From Candidatus Harrisonbacteria bacterium (GTDB lineage Bacteria > Patescibacteriota > Minisyncoccia > UBA6257 > 02-FULL-45-10c): a DNA stretch of 64,000 nucleotides. The stretch spans positions 195,078 to 259,077 of the forward strand of contig JACROC010000005.1 in the NCBI GenBank assembly GCA_016214655.1, read 5' to 3'. The position numbers and the translations under genes are program-made. Positions 46,218 to 55,923 of this stretch are shown here, piece by piece. Numbering within the stretch: the first letter of the stretch is position 1; every line of letters begins with the position of its first letter. Below the pieces are notes generated by a model. The model was not told where the DNA came from and searched no databases. It saw nothing but the letters and a program-made list of their open reading frames with translations.

Positions 46218-46676
46218 TTATTTACTAAGCTTAACTCTTGCCGGCCGAATGACCTTATTTTTTAATTTATATCCGGAACTTATTTCAGCCGCAATTTTTC
46301 CAGATTCTAATTCTTTTACCTCCATTTCTCCGACTGATTCATGAATACTAGCATCAAACGGATCGCCTGGAGAAACTTTGATTTTTTCCAACCCATATTT
46401 TTTTAACATATCCTCCAGCTGAATTTTTATCCTCTGCAAACCATCGTTATTAGTTTCTACTCTAAGCGCCAATTCCATACTATCTAAAACCGGAACCAAA
46501 TCGCCAATCACCACTTCTCTGCTGTAATTCATCATTTCTTCAAACCGTTTAGCTTCGTCTTTCTGATAATTAATCAGATCTGCCTTGGCGCGCCTCCAGC
46601 CATTCAAGTACTCTTCACATTGCTTTTTCAATTCATCAAGCTCGGTAGTATTAGGTTGTTTTTGCTGTTCCTCCAT
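46218..46676 (-). CDS. grpE: nucleotide exchange factor GrpE
   Basis: The 152-aa ORF has a coiled-coil N-terminus and the GrpE core RRAKADLINYQKD...VIGDLVPVLDSMELAL. Confidence 0.85.
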   Translation of the reverse strand: MEEQQKQPNTTELDELKKQCEEYLNGWRRAKADLINYQKDEAKRFEEMMNYSREVVIGDLVPVLDSMELALRVETNNDGLQRIKIQLEDMLKKYGLEKIKVSPGDPFDASIHESVGEMEVKELESGKIAAEISSGYKLKNKVIRPARVKLSK

Positions 46677-46680
46677 AAAA

Positions 46681-46795
46681 CTATGATACTAATATACAAA
46701 TGGTACTAATGATACGAATGATACTAATTCTTTTTTATATTCGTATGATTGGTATCATTCGCATGCATTAGTATATTGGTATCGCATTATTTTAA
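46681..46795. repeat. dispersed intergenic element, copy A (GATACTAAT direct repeats - AT spacer - ATTAGTATC inverted copies), immediately upstream of grpE
   Basis: It is near-identical at both ends to copy B at 58962..59062. The conserved blocks are ctatgatactaatatac(a/g)aat...tactaatgatacgaat and tagtatcattcgcatgcattagtatattggtatcgc(a/g)tta. Confidence 0.7.
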
Positions 46796-47488
46796 CTCAT
46801 CTTTCAAATTCTTAAAAACTTTTAAAGTTTTATCATAATCCATCCGCTTGGGACCAATAACCGCCACTAAAACTTTGCCATCTTTAATATTAAAACTGTC
46901 CATCACCACGGAAAGATTTTTACTTTTAGTAATCGGGCTTTTACCGATAAAAACCTGCGGCAAGCGCAAAGTATTAAAAATCTTTTCCCGCACCTCTTCT
47001 ATGCGGCGGTCCAATAATTCAAAATCACTCACCACTTCGGACATTTCTTTTTTAGTTGCGACATCCAAATGCTCTATCAGCTCTTTAAGGCCGCTTTTAT
47101 GCGCCTCTTTTTCTTTTTCTTTTTTACTTACACCCAAAAGCTTCATCTCGTCCGAAAACGCGCCTACGAATTCTTTAAGCTTTCCGGCGCGAAGATCTCC
47201 CGCCAGCATGCCATAATGGCCTTCCAGAATTTTCTTTGATTCCACCACGTTTTCCAAAGTGGAAGCCACAAACATTTGATATCCCTTATCTGTCGGCACC
47301 CTCCCGCCAGAAGTGTGGAGCTGAGATAAAAATCCTTCCTGCGTAAGAAGGTTTAATTCGTTGCGAATTGTTGCTTCTTTCGCGCCAAAATCATAAGCCT
47401 TCTCCAATAAACGCGAGCTAACCGGTTTTCCGCTTCTTATATATTCTTTAACTGCGGCCTCTAATACCGATTTAGAACGTAAATTCAT
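46787..47488 (-). CDS. hrcA: heat-inducible transcription repressor HrcA (short form, 233 aa)
   Basis: The N-terminal winged helix VSSRLLEKAYDFGAKEATIRNELNLLTQEGFLSQLHTSGGRVPTDKGYQ matches HrcA. It sits at the head of the grpE-dnaK-dnaJ block with a CIRCE element upstream. Confidence 0.7.
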   Translation of the reverse strand: MNLRSKSVLEAAVKEYIRSGKPVSSRLLEKAYDFGAKEATIRNELNLLTQEGFLSQLHTSGGRVPTDKGYQMFVASTLENVVESKKILEGHYGMLAGDLRAGKLKEFVGAFSDEMKLLGVSKKEKEKEAHKSGLKELIEHLDVATKKEMSEVVSDFELLDRRIEEVREKIFNTLRLPQVFIGKSPITKSKNLSVVMDSFNIKDGKVLVAVIGPKRMDYDKTLKVFKNLKDELK

Positions 47489-47506
47489 TCACTAATTATA
47501 AGAACG

Positions 47507-47533
47507 TTATCACTCTCGTGTCAAGAGTGCCAA
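47507..47533. promoter_or_regulatory. CIRCE-like operator (TTATCACTC-N9-GAGTGCCAA) 19 nt upstream of the hrcA start
   Basis: It matches the CIRCE consensus TTAGCACTC-N9-GAGTGCTAA at 7/9 and 8/9 positions with exact 9-nt spacing. Confidence 0.6.
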
Positions 47534-47561
47534 AACCCTTGTTATGTTATAATAAAATTGA

Positions 47562-48470
47562 ATGAGAATCATTAAACATAAACTTACTTGGATAGACGTA
47601 CAAAATCCGACTAAAAAGGATATTGAATTTATCCGCAAACAACACCGTTTCCATCCGATTATCTTGGATGAGCTTTTGCATACTTCTGCCAGATCCAGAG
47701 TCGAACCGTATGAAAAGTATCTTTTCATGACCTATCACCTGCCGATGTATGACAAGAACATTAAAAGTTCGCGAAAGGCGGAAGTAGATTTTTTAATTAC
47801 CAAAGATAGAATCATCACCGTTCACTATGAAGACCTGGAGCCATTGAATAATTTCTGGCGGCATCTCAATAATGACAAAAATTTTAAAGAACGCGCTCTT
47901 GGTGAAAGCACCGGCCGAACGGCTTATTATCTGATTGAAGAAGTTTTGGCATTCGCCCAGCGGCAACTCCGCCACATTGAAGAAAATGTTTCCGAACTCA
48001 CGAAAGAATTGTTCCAAAACAAAGAGGCTCAGCTTTTACAAAGAATATCTTATTTAAAAAGAGACATTCTGGATTACAGCATTATCAGCGATCCGCAAAA
48101 AATTATCCTGGAATCTCTGCGAGAGGTTGGCGGAAAATTCTGGAATGAAGAAATGAAAATTTATTTATCCGACTTAGCCGGCGACCATCTGAAAATCATG
48201 CAGCAATTGCAAAATTTCAAGGAAACCGTTGAGGCGCTGGAACAAACCAACTCTCAGCTGCTAAGCGCCAAAACCAACGCCGTTATGCAAAGATTCACAG
48301 TTCTGGCTTTTCTGACTTTTCCGCTGGTTTTATTAACTTCACTCTTTAATGTCGGGGCGATCGATAAATTAATTAACAGTAATCCAATCATCTTTGGCTT
48401 CAGTTTTGTCTTAGTTTTAATAGTCACCATTCTATTGCTGATACTTTTCAGAAAACGAGGCTGGCTTTAA
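47562..48470 (+). CDS. CorA-like divalent-cation transporter family protein with an atypical signature (GMN replaced)
   Basis: It has a soluble N-terminal domain and two C-terminal TM helices, the CorA topology. It reads FLTFPLVLLTSLFNVG where CorA has ...YGMNF. Confidence 0.5.
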   Translation: MRIIKHKLTWIDVQNPTKKDIEFIRKQHRFHPIILDELLHTSARSRVEPYEKYLFMTYHLPMYDKNIKSSRKAEVDFLITKDRIITVHYEDLEPLNNFWRHLNNDKNFKERALGESTGRTAYYLIEEVLAFAQRQLRHIEENVSELTKELFQNKEAQLLQRISYLKRDILDYSIISDPQKIILESLREVGGKFWNEEMKIYLSDLAGDHLKIMQQLQNFKETVEALEQTNSQLLSAKTNAVMQRFTVLAFLTFPLVLLTSLFNVGAIDKLINSNPIIFGFSFVLVLIVTILLLILFRKRGWL

Positions 48471-48500
48471 ACAAAAAGATTTTTCCAGTAAGATTAAAGC

Positions 48501-49949
48501 ATGCTCCGCATTTTTAATACTCTTTCCAGAAAAAAAGAAGGTTTTAAGCCGCTCCGCAAAAACCAGGTTGGACTTTACACTTGCGGACCGACTGTTTACA
48601 ACTACGCGCATATCGGCAATTTGCGCACTTATATTTTTGAAGACGTTCTGCAGCGCACGCTGGAATACAACGGCTACCAAGTAAAGCGCGTCATGAACAT
48701 TACCGATGTCGGACATTTAACCTCTGATGCCGACACCGGCGAAGATAAAATAGAAAAAGAAGCCCAATTAGAGAGAAAATCAGTATGGGAGATAGCCGAA
48801 TTTTATACTAAAGCTTTTTTGCGGGACATTAAAAATCTCAATATTAAGATCCCCGAACTGCTGATACCAGCAACCAAGACCGTTCCTGATCAGATTAAAA
48901 TTATCAAAAGACTACTGACAAGCAGATTCGCCTACGAAACCTCCAAGGCTATTTATTTTGAAGTTTCCAAATTCAAAAACTATACCAAACTCTCCCGCCA
49001 GCCCTTAACCGAAAAAATAGTAGCCGCACGGGAAGAAGTCATTGCCGATCCGGAAAAGAAAGGTGCGGCGGATTTTGTGCTTTGGTTTAAATTAGTAGAT
49101 CGGTTTAAAAACCATATTATGCGCTGGCCTTCGCCGTGGGGAGACGGATTTCCCGGATGGCACATTGAATGTTCGGCTATCTCCACCAAATATTTAGGCC
49201 AGCCATTTGACGTCCATACCGGCGGCGTGGATCACATCAGCGTTCATCATACCAATGAAATCGCGCAATCAGAAGCCGCTTTCAGTAAGTCATTAGCCAG
49301 ATATTGGATGCACGGAGAATTTCTTACTATCAATCAAGGGAGGATGGGAAAGTCACTTGGTAATTTTATAACCTTGCAAGACCTGCAAAAAATGGGCTAT
49401 AACCCGCTTGCCTATCGCTACCTAGTTCTCAATTCGCACTATCGGTCGCACCTGGACTTTAGTCTGGAAAGCCTGAAATCTGCCGAAAATGCCTACCACG
49501 GCCTTAAAAATAATCTTGCCGCTTTTAAAAACTGCGAAGCTAAGATTAAAGATTCCTCTGCTGATAAAACCGCGAAAAAAGCAATAAAACTTTTCCAAAA
49601 AAAATTCTCAGAAGCAATCAATGACGACCTGAACACCGCTAAAGCCCTGGCCTCCGTCCATGAACTTCTTAACCAGTCTAATTCTATAAAAGCCGGCGGA
49701 AAATTAAACGGGAGAATCGCCAAGGAAGTATATAAGGCAATAATGAACCTTGATAAAATACTTGGCTTGAAGCTGGCAGAAATGCCCAAAATTCCCTCCA
49801 AAATTATCGGATTAACCAAGAAACGGGAGTTATACAGGGTCCGTAAACAGTTTATTCAAGCTGACGCCTTGCGCAAAGAAATAGAAACGCTAGGATACAG
49901 TATAGAGGACACGCCGCAAGGACCACTGGTCCTTCCCAAAAGCGTTTAG
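48501..49949 (+). CDS. cysS: cysteinyl-tRNA synthetase
   Basis: The class I HIGH motif reads [15 protein letters not shown]. The KMSKS-like motif is within GRMGKSLGN. Confidence 0.9.
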   Translation: MLRIFNTLSRKKEGFKPLRKNQVGLYTCGPTVYNYAHIGNLRTYIFEDVLQRTLEYNGYQVKRVMNITDVGHLTSDADTGEDKIEKEAQLERKSVWEIAEFYTKAFLRDIKNLNIKIPELLIPATKTVPDQIKIIKRLLTSRFAYETSKAIYFEVSKFKNYTKLSRQPLTEKIVAAREEVIADPEKKGAADFVLWFKLVDRFKNHIMRWPSPWGDGFPGWHIECSAISTKYLGQPFDVHTGGVDHISVHHTNEIAQSEAAFSKSLARYWMHGEFLTINQGRMGKSLGNFITLQDLQKMGYNPLAYRYLVLNSHYRSHLDFSLESLKSAENAYHGLKNNLAAFKNCEAKIKDSSADKTAKKAIKLFQKKFSEAINDDLNTAKALASVHELLNQSNSIKAGGKLNGRIAKEVYKAIMNLDKILGLKLAEMPKIPSKIIGLTKKRELYRVRKQFIQADALRKEIETLGYSIEDTPQGPLVLPKSV

Positions 49950-50030
49950 CGGTTAGAGTTTAGTGGTTAGGATTTAAAAATTTTTATAAATTAAATTCTA
50001 TACCCTATACTCTATACCCTATACCCTAAA
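49946..50030. repeat. inverted short-repeat array immediately upstream of dnaB ((TTAGCGG/TTAGTGG)-like x4 ... (TATACCC)x4)
   Basis: The sequence is tttagcggttagagtttagtggttagg - AT spacer - ctataccctatactctataccctataccctaa. It shares the TATAGGG unit, in opposite orientation, with the array inside mnmA, and tagcggttag with 3700..3730. Confidence 0.6.
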
Positions 50031-51373
50031 TGACACAGTCATTAAAACTTCCTCCGCAAAATTTAGAAGCCGAGCAATCGGTGCTTGGCGCTTTAATGCT
50101 GGATAAAAACTCTATTATTAATGTAGCGGATATTTTATTGCCGGAAGATTTTTATAAACCGGCCCACGCCAAAATTTATGAAACTGTATTAAATTTATAT
50201 GAAAAACGGGAACCGATTGATATCTTGAGCGTTACCGCAAAATTAAAAAATGAAAATGTATTGAAAGAAATAGGCGGCAACTCCTATCTAACTCAATTAA
50301 TCGAGTCGGTACCAACTGCCGCGCACGTGGAGCATTATGCGAAAATAGTCAAAGAAAAAAGGGTTTTGCGTGATCTCATCAAAGCTTCTGCGGAAATCAC
50401 TGAAAATGCTGTAGATGCAACCGAAGATATTGAAACTATCCTGGACGGCATAGAACAAAAAGTTTTTGCGATCTCCCAGCATTCTTTCAAGCAAAAATTC
50501 ATTAAATTAAAAGATGAACTTCTGGGCGCCTATGAAAGAATCGAGAAACTGCATCGCGGCGAAGGCGGTTTGCGCGGAGTAACCACCGGATTTTCGGAAA
50601 TTGATAATATGCTTTCTGGACTGCAAAAATCGGATATGATAGTTCTTGGCGCCAGACCATCGCTCGGAAAAACCTCGCTGGCACTGGATATAGCCAGAAA
50701 TGCGGCGCTGAATGACAATCAGCCAGTGGCAATTTTTTCCTTAGAAATGTCGCGGGAACAAATTGTAGATAGATTAATATCTGCCGAAGCTCAAATCCCG
50801 CTCTGGGAATTAAGAACCGGACGCTTAAAAAATGATGAGGATTTTGAACTGATCCAGCACGCATTAGATCAGTTATCTAAGGCGCCGATTTTTATAGACG
50901 ACACGCCATCCCCCACTGTTCTTCAAATGAGATCCATGGCTCGCCGTCTGCAGGCTGAACACGGATTAAGCCTGATAATAGTGGACTATCTCCAGCTGAT
51001 ACAGCCCAGAGCCCACTCCGACAGCTTGGTTCAGCAGGTTACTGAATTTTCCCGCGGCCTAAAATCCATGGCCCGAGAATTAAACGTGCCGGTATTGGCG
51101 GTTTCCCAGCTTTCCCGCGAAGTTGATAAAAGAGAAATAAAAAGGCCGCGTCTGGCAGATCTCCGGGAATCCGGCGCCATTGAACAAGATGCCGATGTGG
51201 TGCTTTTCATTTACCGCAAAGATCAAGACCGGCTTAACCCGACATCTGAAGAACAAAATACCGCAGAAATCATTATTGCCAAACACCGCAATGGTCCGAC
51301 TGGCACGGTGAAATTGAAATTTGATCCAGAAAAAGCGAGTTTTAGATCAATAGATAAACACCATGTTGCCTGA
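50030..51373 (+). CDS. dnaB: replicative DNA helicase DnaB
   Basis: The N-terminal domain reads LPPQNLEAEQSVLGALML. Walker A reads GARPSLGKTSLAL. The RecA-like C-terminal domain follows. Confidence 0.9.
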   Translation: MTQSLKLPPQNLEAEQSVLGALMLDKNSIINVADILLPEDFYKPAHAKIYETVLNLYEKREPIDILSVTAKLKNENVLKEIGGNSYLTQLIESVPTAAHVEHYAKIVKEKRVLRDLIKASAEITENAVDATEDIETILDGIEQKVFAISQHSFKQKFIKLKDELLGAYERIEKLHRGEGGLRGVTTGFSEIDNMLSGLQKSDMIVLGARPSLGKTSLALDIARNAALNDNQPVAIFSLEMSREQIVDRLISAEAQIPLWELRTGRLKNDEDFELIQHALDQLSKAPIFIDDTPSPTVLQMRSMARRLQAEHGLSLIIVDYLQLIQPRAHSDSLVQQVTEFSRGLKSMARELNVPVLAVSQLSREVDKREIKRPRLADLRESGAIEQDADVVLFIYRKDQDRLNPTSEEQNTAEIIIAKHRNGPTGTVKLKFDPEKASFRSIDKHHVA

Positions 51374-52013
51374 TCCTATTAAAAATTTCGTTACTATTTT
51401 TTCTAAATTGCCTTCTATTGGACCGCGGCAAGCTACGCGGCTTGCTTTTTATATCAGCGGGCTTGGTAAAACTAAAGTCAAAGAAATTGCCGACGCCATT
51501 GCCGAATTAAATACTTTAATCACCTGTGCCCGCTGTTTCCGAACATTCACCCCGCCAAGGGCGGGACAAGCAGGCTCTGGCAAACTTTGCTCCATTTGCT
51601 CCGATCCAACCAGGTTAAAAAATCTCATTGCTATCGTAGAAAAAGAAACTGATCTTTTATCTTTAGAGAAAACGAAAAAATTTACCGGCTGGTACCTGGT
51701 AATCGGCGAACTGCATAAAAATGGCGAGCTTGAACCGGAACAAAAATTACGCTTATCCAGCTTAAAAAGCTTCATTCAAAAAGAGTTGGGAGGGAAACCC
51801 TCCTCCGCTGAAACTACGGCGGGCAAGGCCGAAGAAATAATCCTCGCCACCAATCCTACTGTTTACGGTGATCTTAACGCCGCTACCCTCAAAAAAGAAC
51901 TTGAGGGCCTTGCAAAAAAAATCACTCGCCTCGGCCGGGGAATCCCGACAGGCGGAGAAATAGAATTTGCCGATGAGGAAACCTTGGGACAGGCGCTTGA
52001 GCGAAGAAACTAA
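51363..52013 (+). CDS. recR: recombination protein RecR
   Basis: It has a helix-hairpin-helix (LPSIGPRQATRLAF), a C4 zinc finger (CARCFRTF...CSICSD) and a Toprim domain (ATNPTVYGD). Confidence 0.85.
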   Translation: MLPDPIKNFVTIFSKLPSIGPRQATRLAFYISGLGKTKVKEIADAIAELNTLITCARCFRTFTPPRAGQAGSGKLCSICSDPTRLKNLIAIVEKETDLLSLEKTKKFTGWYLVIGELHKNGELEPEQKLRLSSLKSFIQKELGGKPSSAETTAGKAEEIILATNPTVYGDLNAATLKKELEGLAKKITRLGRGIPTGGEIEFADEETLGQALERRN

Positions 52014-52041
52014 AAACAGTTGCCCTAGGCGACTGTTTTTA
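52012..52041. terminator. bidirectional terminator hairpin between recR and rplU (aaaaacagttgcc-ctag-ggcgactgttttt)
   Basis: A 13-bp stem with one mismatch is flanked by A- and T-runs. Confidence 0.55.
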
Positions 52042-52347
52042 GTTCACTGAAACTATCTCCAATTCTGTAAAGTGTTGCCTGTGTCCTTTTTTCTTTTTAT
52101 ACCTAGTCTTGGAATGATATTTAAAAATAATTTTCTTGTCCCCGCGGCCTTGCTCTAAAACTTTAGCCTCCACCTTAGCACCACTAACGTACGGAGCCCC
52201 GACTTGAACATTCTCACCATCGGCAACCAATAAAACTTTATCCAAAGTTAAAGACGCGCCCGGTGCGGCATCTAATTTTTCCACTTTTAATTTCTGTCCG
52301 GGAAAAACTCTGTACTGTTTCCCTCCGGTTTCTACTACAGCAAACAT
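52039..52347 (-). CDS. rplU: 50S ribosomal protein L21
   Basis: MFAVVETGGKQYRVFPGQKLKVEKL is the canonical L21 start. Confidence 0.9.
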   Translation of the reverse strand: MFAVVETGGKQYRVFPGQKLKVEKLDAAPGASLTLDKVLLVADGENVQVGAPYVSGAKVEAKVLEQGRGDKKIIFKYHSKTRYKKKKGHRQHFTELEIVSVN

Positions 52348-52350
52348 AAA

Positions 52351-52695
52351 TTAGTTAATAGAAATAATAGCATTAACTGCTATTAAAATCAATATGGATA
52401 CAATCAAAGTATTACCGGCAAATATGTAAGATAAGAACTTTTCTCTCGAGTAAAGCTCCTTTGTCAGAAATAAGTTTATTAAAAAAATTGCCATAGCTGT
52501 AAAAACTATTTCAAAAACATCATACTTTTCTCCAAAAAAGTCTGCACCCCTATAACTATCAAAATGGATAACTAAAAGATTATTGGCTCCGGATAAATTT
52601 ATAAAGGCAGTTGCTGCCGCTATAACTAAAATAACCGCGCTCGCGGCAAAAACCGACATAATATATTTATCTTTTAAAATCATCGGGGCTGCCAT
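52351..52695 (-). CDS. hypothetical small membrane protein (3 TM)
   Basis: The 114-aa ORF is hydrophobic. No family was recognised. Confidence 0.4.
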   Translation of the reverse strand: MAAPMILKDKYIMSVFAASAVILVIAAATAFINLSGANNLLVIHFDSYRGADFFGEKYDVFEIVFTAMAIFLINLFLTKELYSREKFLSYIFAGNTLIVSILILIAVNAIISIN

Positions 52696-52696
52696 G

Positions 52697-52771
52697 TGGT
52701 CCCATCGGGATTCGAACCCGAGTTTTCGCGATGAGAACGCGACGTCCTAGGCCAGGCTAGACGATAGGACC
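52697..52771 (-). tRNA. tRNA-Glu (anticodon CUC)
   Basis: The hand-folded 75-nt cloverleaf has acceptor GGUCCUA/UGGGACC, anticodon stem UCGCG/CGCGA, loop UUCUCAU and T-arm UCGGG-UUCGAAU-CCCGA. Confidence 0.85.
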
Positions 52772-52920
52772 AAAGTGATCTCCACACTAATGGATAAAAA
52801 TACTATAATATAAAAAATGACTACTTCAAAGTAGTCATGTAATAGGAATAAAGTTCCCTAATTTCCTCCATCCCGACGCTTCGGTCGGGACCCCGACCTT
52901 CTTGGGGCGTCAGGGCTACC

Positions 52921-54162
52921 CTAAAATTGTTGAATCTCTTCAACAATTTTATCTAATCTGATGCCATGCGATCCTTTAACCAAGATCAAATCCCCTTTTC
53001 TAATCAGTTTTTGTACTTCCGGCGCCGCTTCTTCCGCAGTATCAAAACTATAAATATTTTTAAGATTCATTCCTTCGGCTTTGGCGGATTCGCCAATAAA
53101 TTTAGCCCTGGATCCAACAGTTACCAAAATATCAAAATTATCAGGTATTAATTTCCCGATGCCCTCATGCGCTTCAACGGTATATTTTCCTAACTCCAGC
53201 ATATCCCCCAATACCGCTACTTTACGTTTTGCCGGCCAGCTTCTAATCGTATGGATAGCAGCCTCAACTGAAAGCGGGGAGGCGTTATAAGAATCATCCA
53301 AAATATAAGAATGTTTGATTCCAGAAATTATTTTTCCTCTGCCAGGTGGCGCAGAATAGTCCCAAAGAGCTTCGGCAATTTTAACCAAATTTAATCCAAA
53401 AGCTATTCCCACACAAGCAGCCGCAGCTGCCGCATAAGCTTGCGCCTTGCCAAAACATCCGTCGAGACGGATCGGCACAAAACTGCCGCCATAATTTAAT
53501 TTAAAAGCGATGCCGGCCGGCCTTTCTCCTTCCATGCGAGTTTCATAATTGGTCATTTGAACTTGCGCGCCCTCGCCAAATCCAAAAGTCATTATATGAG
53601 CCCTAGTCCGTTCTTTCATATTTAAAACGATTTCGTCATCATAGTTCAAAATAGCAAAACCAGTAACTGATAATGCTTCAATAATTTTTGATTTCTCTCT
53701 GGCAACCGCTTCCGGACCGCTGTAAAACTCAACGTGAACCGGCATATTGCCAACCGTTGTTACCACTCCAATTTGCGGCCTGGCAATATCAAGGAGATAT
53801 TTAATATCGCCTGGCTTATCGGCCGCATATTCCAAAACCAAAAGCTCCGGATATCGCATCCTGAATATTAAATGCAAGACAGAAACAGCTATTGCCTTAA
53901 TCCAGAAAAGTTTCCCGCTGATAATCTGCCAGTCTCCAAGAATAGTTAAGGGCAATCCGATTTCATTATTAAAATTTCCACTGCTTTTCCTGACATTACG
54001 ATGCTTCTTTAAAACAGTGTAAATCGCCTCTTTTGAGGAAGTTTTTCCGACGCTTCCAGTAACTCCAATGACTCCGGGCTGATATTTGCGGAGAGTCCAC
54101 ATTGCCAATAGCCGCAATGTAGTTTGGAGGTATTGTTGAAGTTTTTCCTTATTCATAAGCAT
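52921..54162 (-). CDS. murF: UDP-MurNAc-tripeptide--D-Ala-D-Ala ligase MurF
   Basis: The Mur ligase P-loop reads GVTGSVGKTSSKEAI. The order of central and C-terminal domains is typical of MurF. Confidence 0.8.
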   Translation of the reverse strand: MLMNKEKLQQYLQTTLRLLAMWTLRKYQPGVIGVTGSVGKTSSKEAIYTVLKKHRNVRKSSGNFNNEIGLPLTILGDWQIISGKLFWIKAIAVSVLHLIFRMRYPELLVLEYAADKPGDIKYLLDIARPQIGVVTTVGNMPVHVEFYSGPEAVAREKSKIIEALSVTGFAILNYDDEIVLNMKERTRAHIMTFGFGEGAQVQMTNYETRMEGERPAGIAFKLNYGGSFVPIRLDGCFGKAQAYAAAAAACVGIAFGLNLVKIAEALWDYSAPPGRGKIISGIKHSYILDDSYNASPLSVEAAIHTIRSWPAKRKVAVLGDMLELGKYTVEAHEGIGKLIPDNFDILVTVGSRAKFIGESAKAEGMNLKNIYSFDTAEEAAPEVQKLIRKGDLILVKGSHGIRLDKIVEEIQQF

Positions 54163-54163
54163 T

Positions 54164-54300
54164 AAATTCTAAATCCTAATATCTAAATTCTAAATAAATT
54201 CAAAATGCTAAAATTCTAATAATCCAAATTTTTTAAGTTTTTATATTTGAATTTAATCATTATTTAGGATTTCGTGCTTAGTGCTTAGAAATTATTCTAA
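54164..54300. repeat. AT-rich short-repeat array upstream of murF ((ATTCTAAAT)-like repeats ... ttaggatttcgtgcttagtgcttag)
   Basis: The sequence is aaattctaaatcctaatatctaaattctaaataaattcaaaatgctaaaattctaataatcc ... with gcttagtgcttag inverted motifs. Confidence 0.5.
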
Positions 54301-55923
54301 ATGGTCCGGTGCCACATTATAATAATTTAAAATAAATTCCGCTAACTCTCTGAACGCCGGGACTACGGTCAATCCGGCCAGCGGAGCGCCTTGCGGCTTA
54401 TCTATTCTTATTAAAATTGTAAATCTCGCATCGGAAGCCGACGCAAAACCTATATAAGTATGGATATATTCTTCAGTATAACCGCCATGCTTAAAATCCG
54501 GAATTTGGGCAGTTCCAGTCTTACCAGCCACATCGAATTTAGGTATTTGCGCAATGGTTGCTTTTTTCACTGCGGAAATCATCATTTTAGTCGCTTCTTG
54601 AGCCGCTTCTTCAGAAATCACCCTCCTCATAACCTCCGGCTTTTCATCTCTCAATAAGTGAGGCTTCATTAACAATCCGCCATTAGCAATAGCCGAAAAG
54701 GCATTTATCATTTGAAGCGGCGTAACCGAAACTCCCTGTCCAAATGCCGCTGTAGCGAAATTAACATCCCGATAAGTTGACTTCAAATTGCCCAAACTGC
54801 CGCTTAACTCTCCGGGCAGAGCAATGCCAGTTTTCTGGCCAAATCCGAATTTCACTAAATAATTATAAAAAATGTCTTTGCCAATTAATTTCTGCGCATA
54901 AGCCGCTCCGGTATTGATAGACTGCTCGATCACCTCTGTCATAGTTATTTTGCCATGCGCTTTATTATCCCAATTTTTTATAGTCCGCCCGTCCAGCATC
55001 AAAGATCCGCTATCATAGAAAGTAGTGTCTGGTGTCAATTTATGGCTATCCAATCCGGCAGACATTGTAATTACCTTCATCACCGAGCCAGGCTCATAAA
55101 TAGCTTGAATTACCGGGTTCAAAAAAGATTCAACTTTATTTTCTGAATAATTATTCGGGTCAAAATTGGGATAAGCCCCTAAAGCCAAAATTTTCCCAGT
55201 CTTCGGTTCCTGGACTAAAAACATTCCCTTCTCGGCCTTATATTTTTTAATCAATTCTATTAGTATCTCTTCAGCTCGAGCCTGAATGTTCGGATCAATA
55301 GTCAAATAAAGATTTTCTCCGGCCACCGGGTCAATAATACGATCATCATCCAAGCGTCCGGCTTCGCCATCCAATTGATCATTATAATATAATTCCAATC
55401 CATAACGCCCCCGAATGGCCCGGTCTTCAGCGTTTGGACCGGTAAAACCTATTAATTGAGCCGCTAAATTTTTAAACGGATAAAAACGGTCATTTTCCGT
55501 ATCGATATAAACACCGCGAAAATTTAACTCGCGTACAGAATTTACTTGTTCTCCGGACGCCTTGCGCAATAATAATTCATAGGGGTCATTGGATTTACCT
55601 AAAGATGCCAGTAATTTTTCTTTATCAAGATTCAGGATATTACCCAAAGATTCTGCGGCCCATTGCGGATTTTCCAATTCTTTGGGCACCGCAAAAATTA
55701 CCGGGTATTCCTTAGTTATGGCCGCTGGAACGAAATTATTATTCCGATCAGAAAAATAAATACTGCCCCTTTGCGGCTCCAAAAAACCGGCCAACCTATG
55801 TTGAGAGGCAGCCCGAGCAGAATAATAGCCGCCCTTTTCAATTTGTAAATTATAAATATTAAAAATTAAGGATGAGTATAAAAAGGTGAAAAATAATATT
55901 ACTAAAAAAAGACGGTAGCGCAT
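54292..55923 (-). CDS. ftsI: penicillin-binding protein 2 / FtsI-type peptidoglycan D,D-transpeptidase
   Basis: It has an N-terminal TM segment, an SxxK motif (GSVMKVIT), a KTG motif (AGKTGTAQ) and a dimerisation domain. Confidence 0.85.
   Translation of the reverse strand: MRYRLFLVILFFTFLYSSLIFNIYNLQIEKGGYYSARAASQHRLAGFLEPQRGSIYFSDRNNNFVPAAITKEYPVIFAVPKELENPQWAAESLGNILNLDKEKLLASLGKSNDPYELLLRKASGEQVNSVRELNFRGVYIDTENDRFYPFKNLAAQLIGFTGPNAEDRAIRGRYGLELYYNDQLDGEAGRLDDDRIIDPVAGENLYLTIDPNIQARAEEILIELIKKYKAEKGMFLVQEPKTGKILALGAYPNFDPNNYSENKVESFLNPVIQAIYEPGSVMKVITMSAGLDSHKLTPDTTFYDSGSLMLDGRTIKNWDNKAHGKITMTEVIEQSINTGAAYAQKLIGKDIFYNYLVKFGFGQKTGIALPGELSGSLGNLKSTYRDVNFATAAFGQGVSVTPLQMINAFSAIANGGLLMKPHLLRDEKPEVMRRVISEEAAQEATKMMISAVKKATIAQIPKFDVAGKTGTAQIPDFKHGGYTEEYIHTYIGFASASDARFTILIRIDKPQGAPLAGLTVVPAFRELAEFILNYYNVAPDHLE

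Noticed and set aside
46681-46795. Interpreting the hrcA-grpE intergenic element as the CIRCE operator
   Set aside because: Its inverted units (GATACTAAT / ATTAGTATC) are about 50 nt apart and do not match TTAGCACTC-N9-GAGTGCTAA. A proper CIRCE with N9 spacing exists upstream of hrcA at 47507..47533.
47510-48017. ORFs 47510..47728 (-), 47547..47738 (-) and 47793..48017 (-) overlapping the CorA-like gene
   Set aside because: They are antisense shadow ORFs of a longer, better-supported plus-strand CDS.
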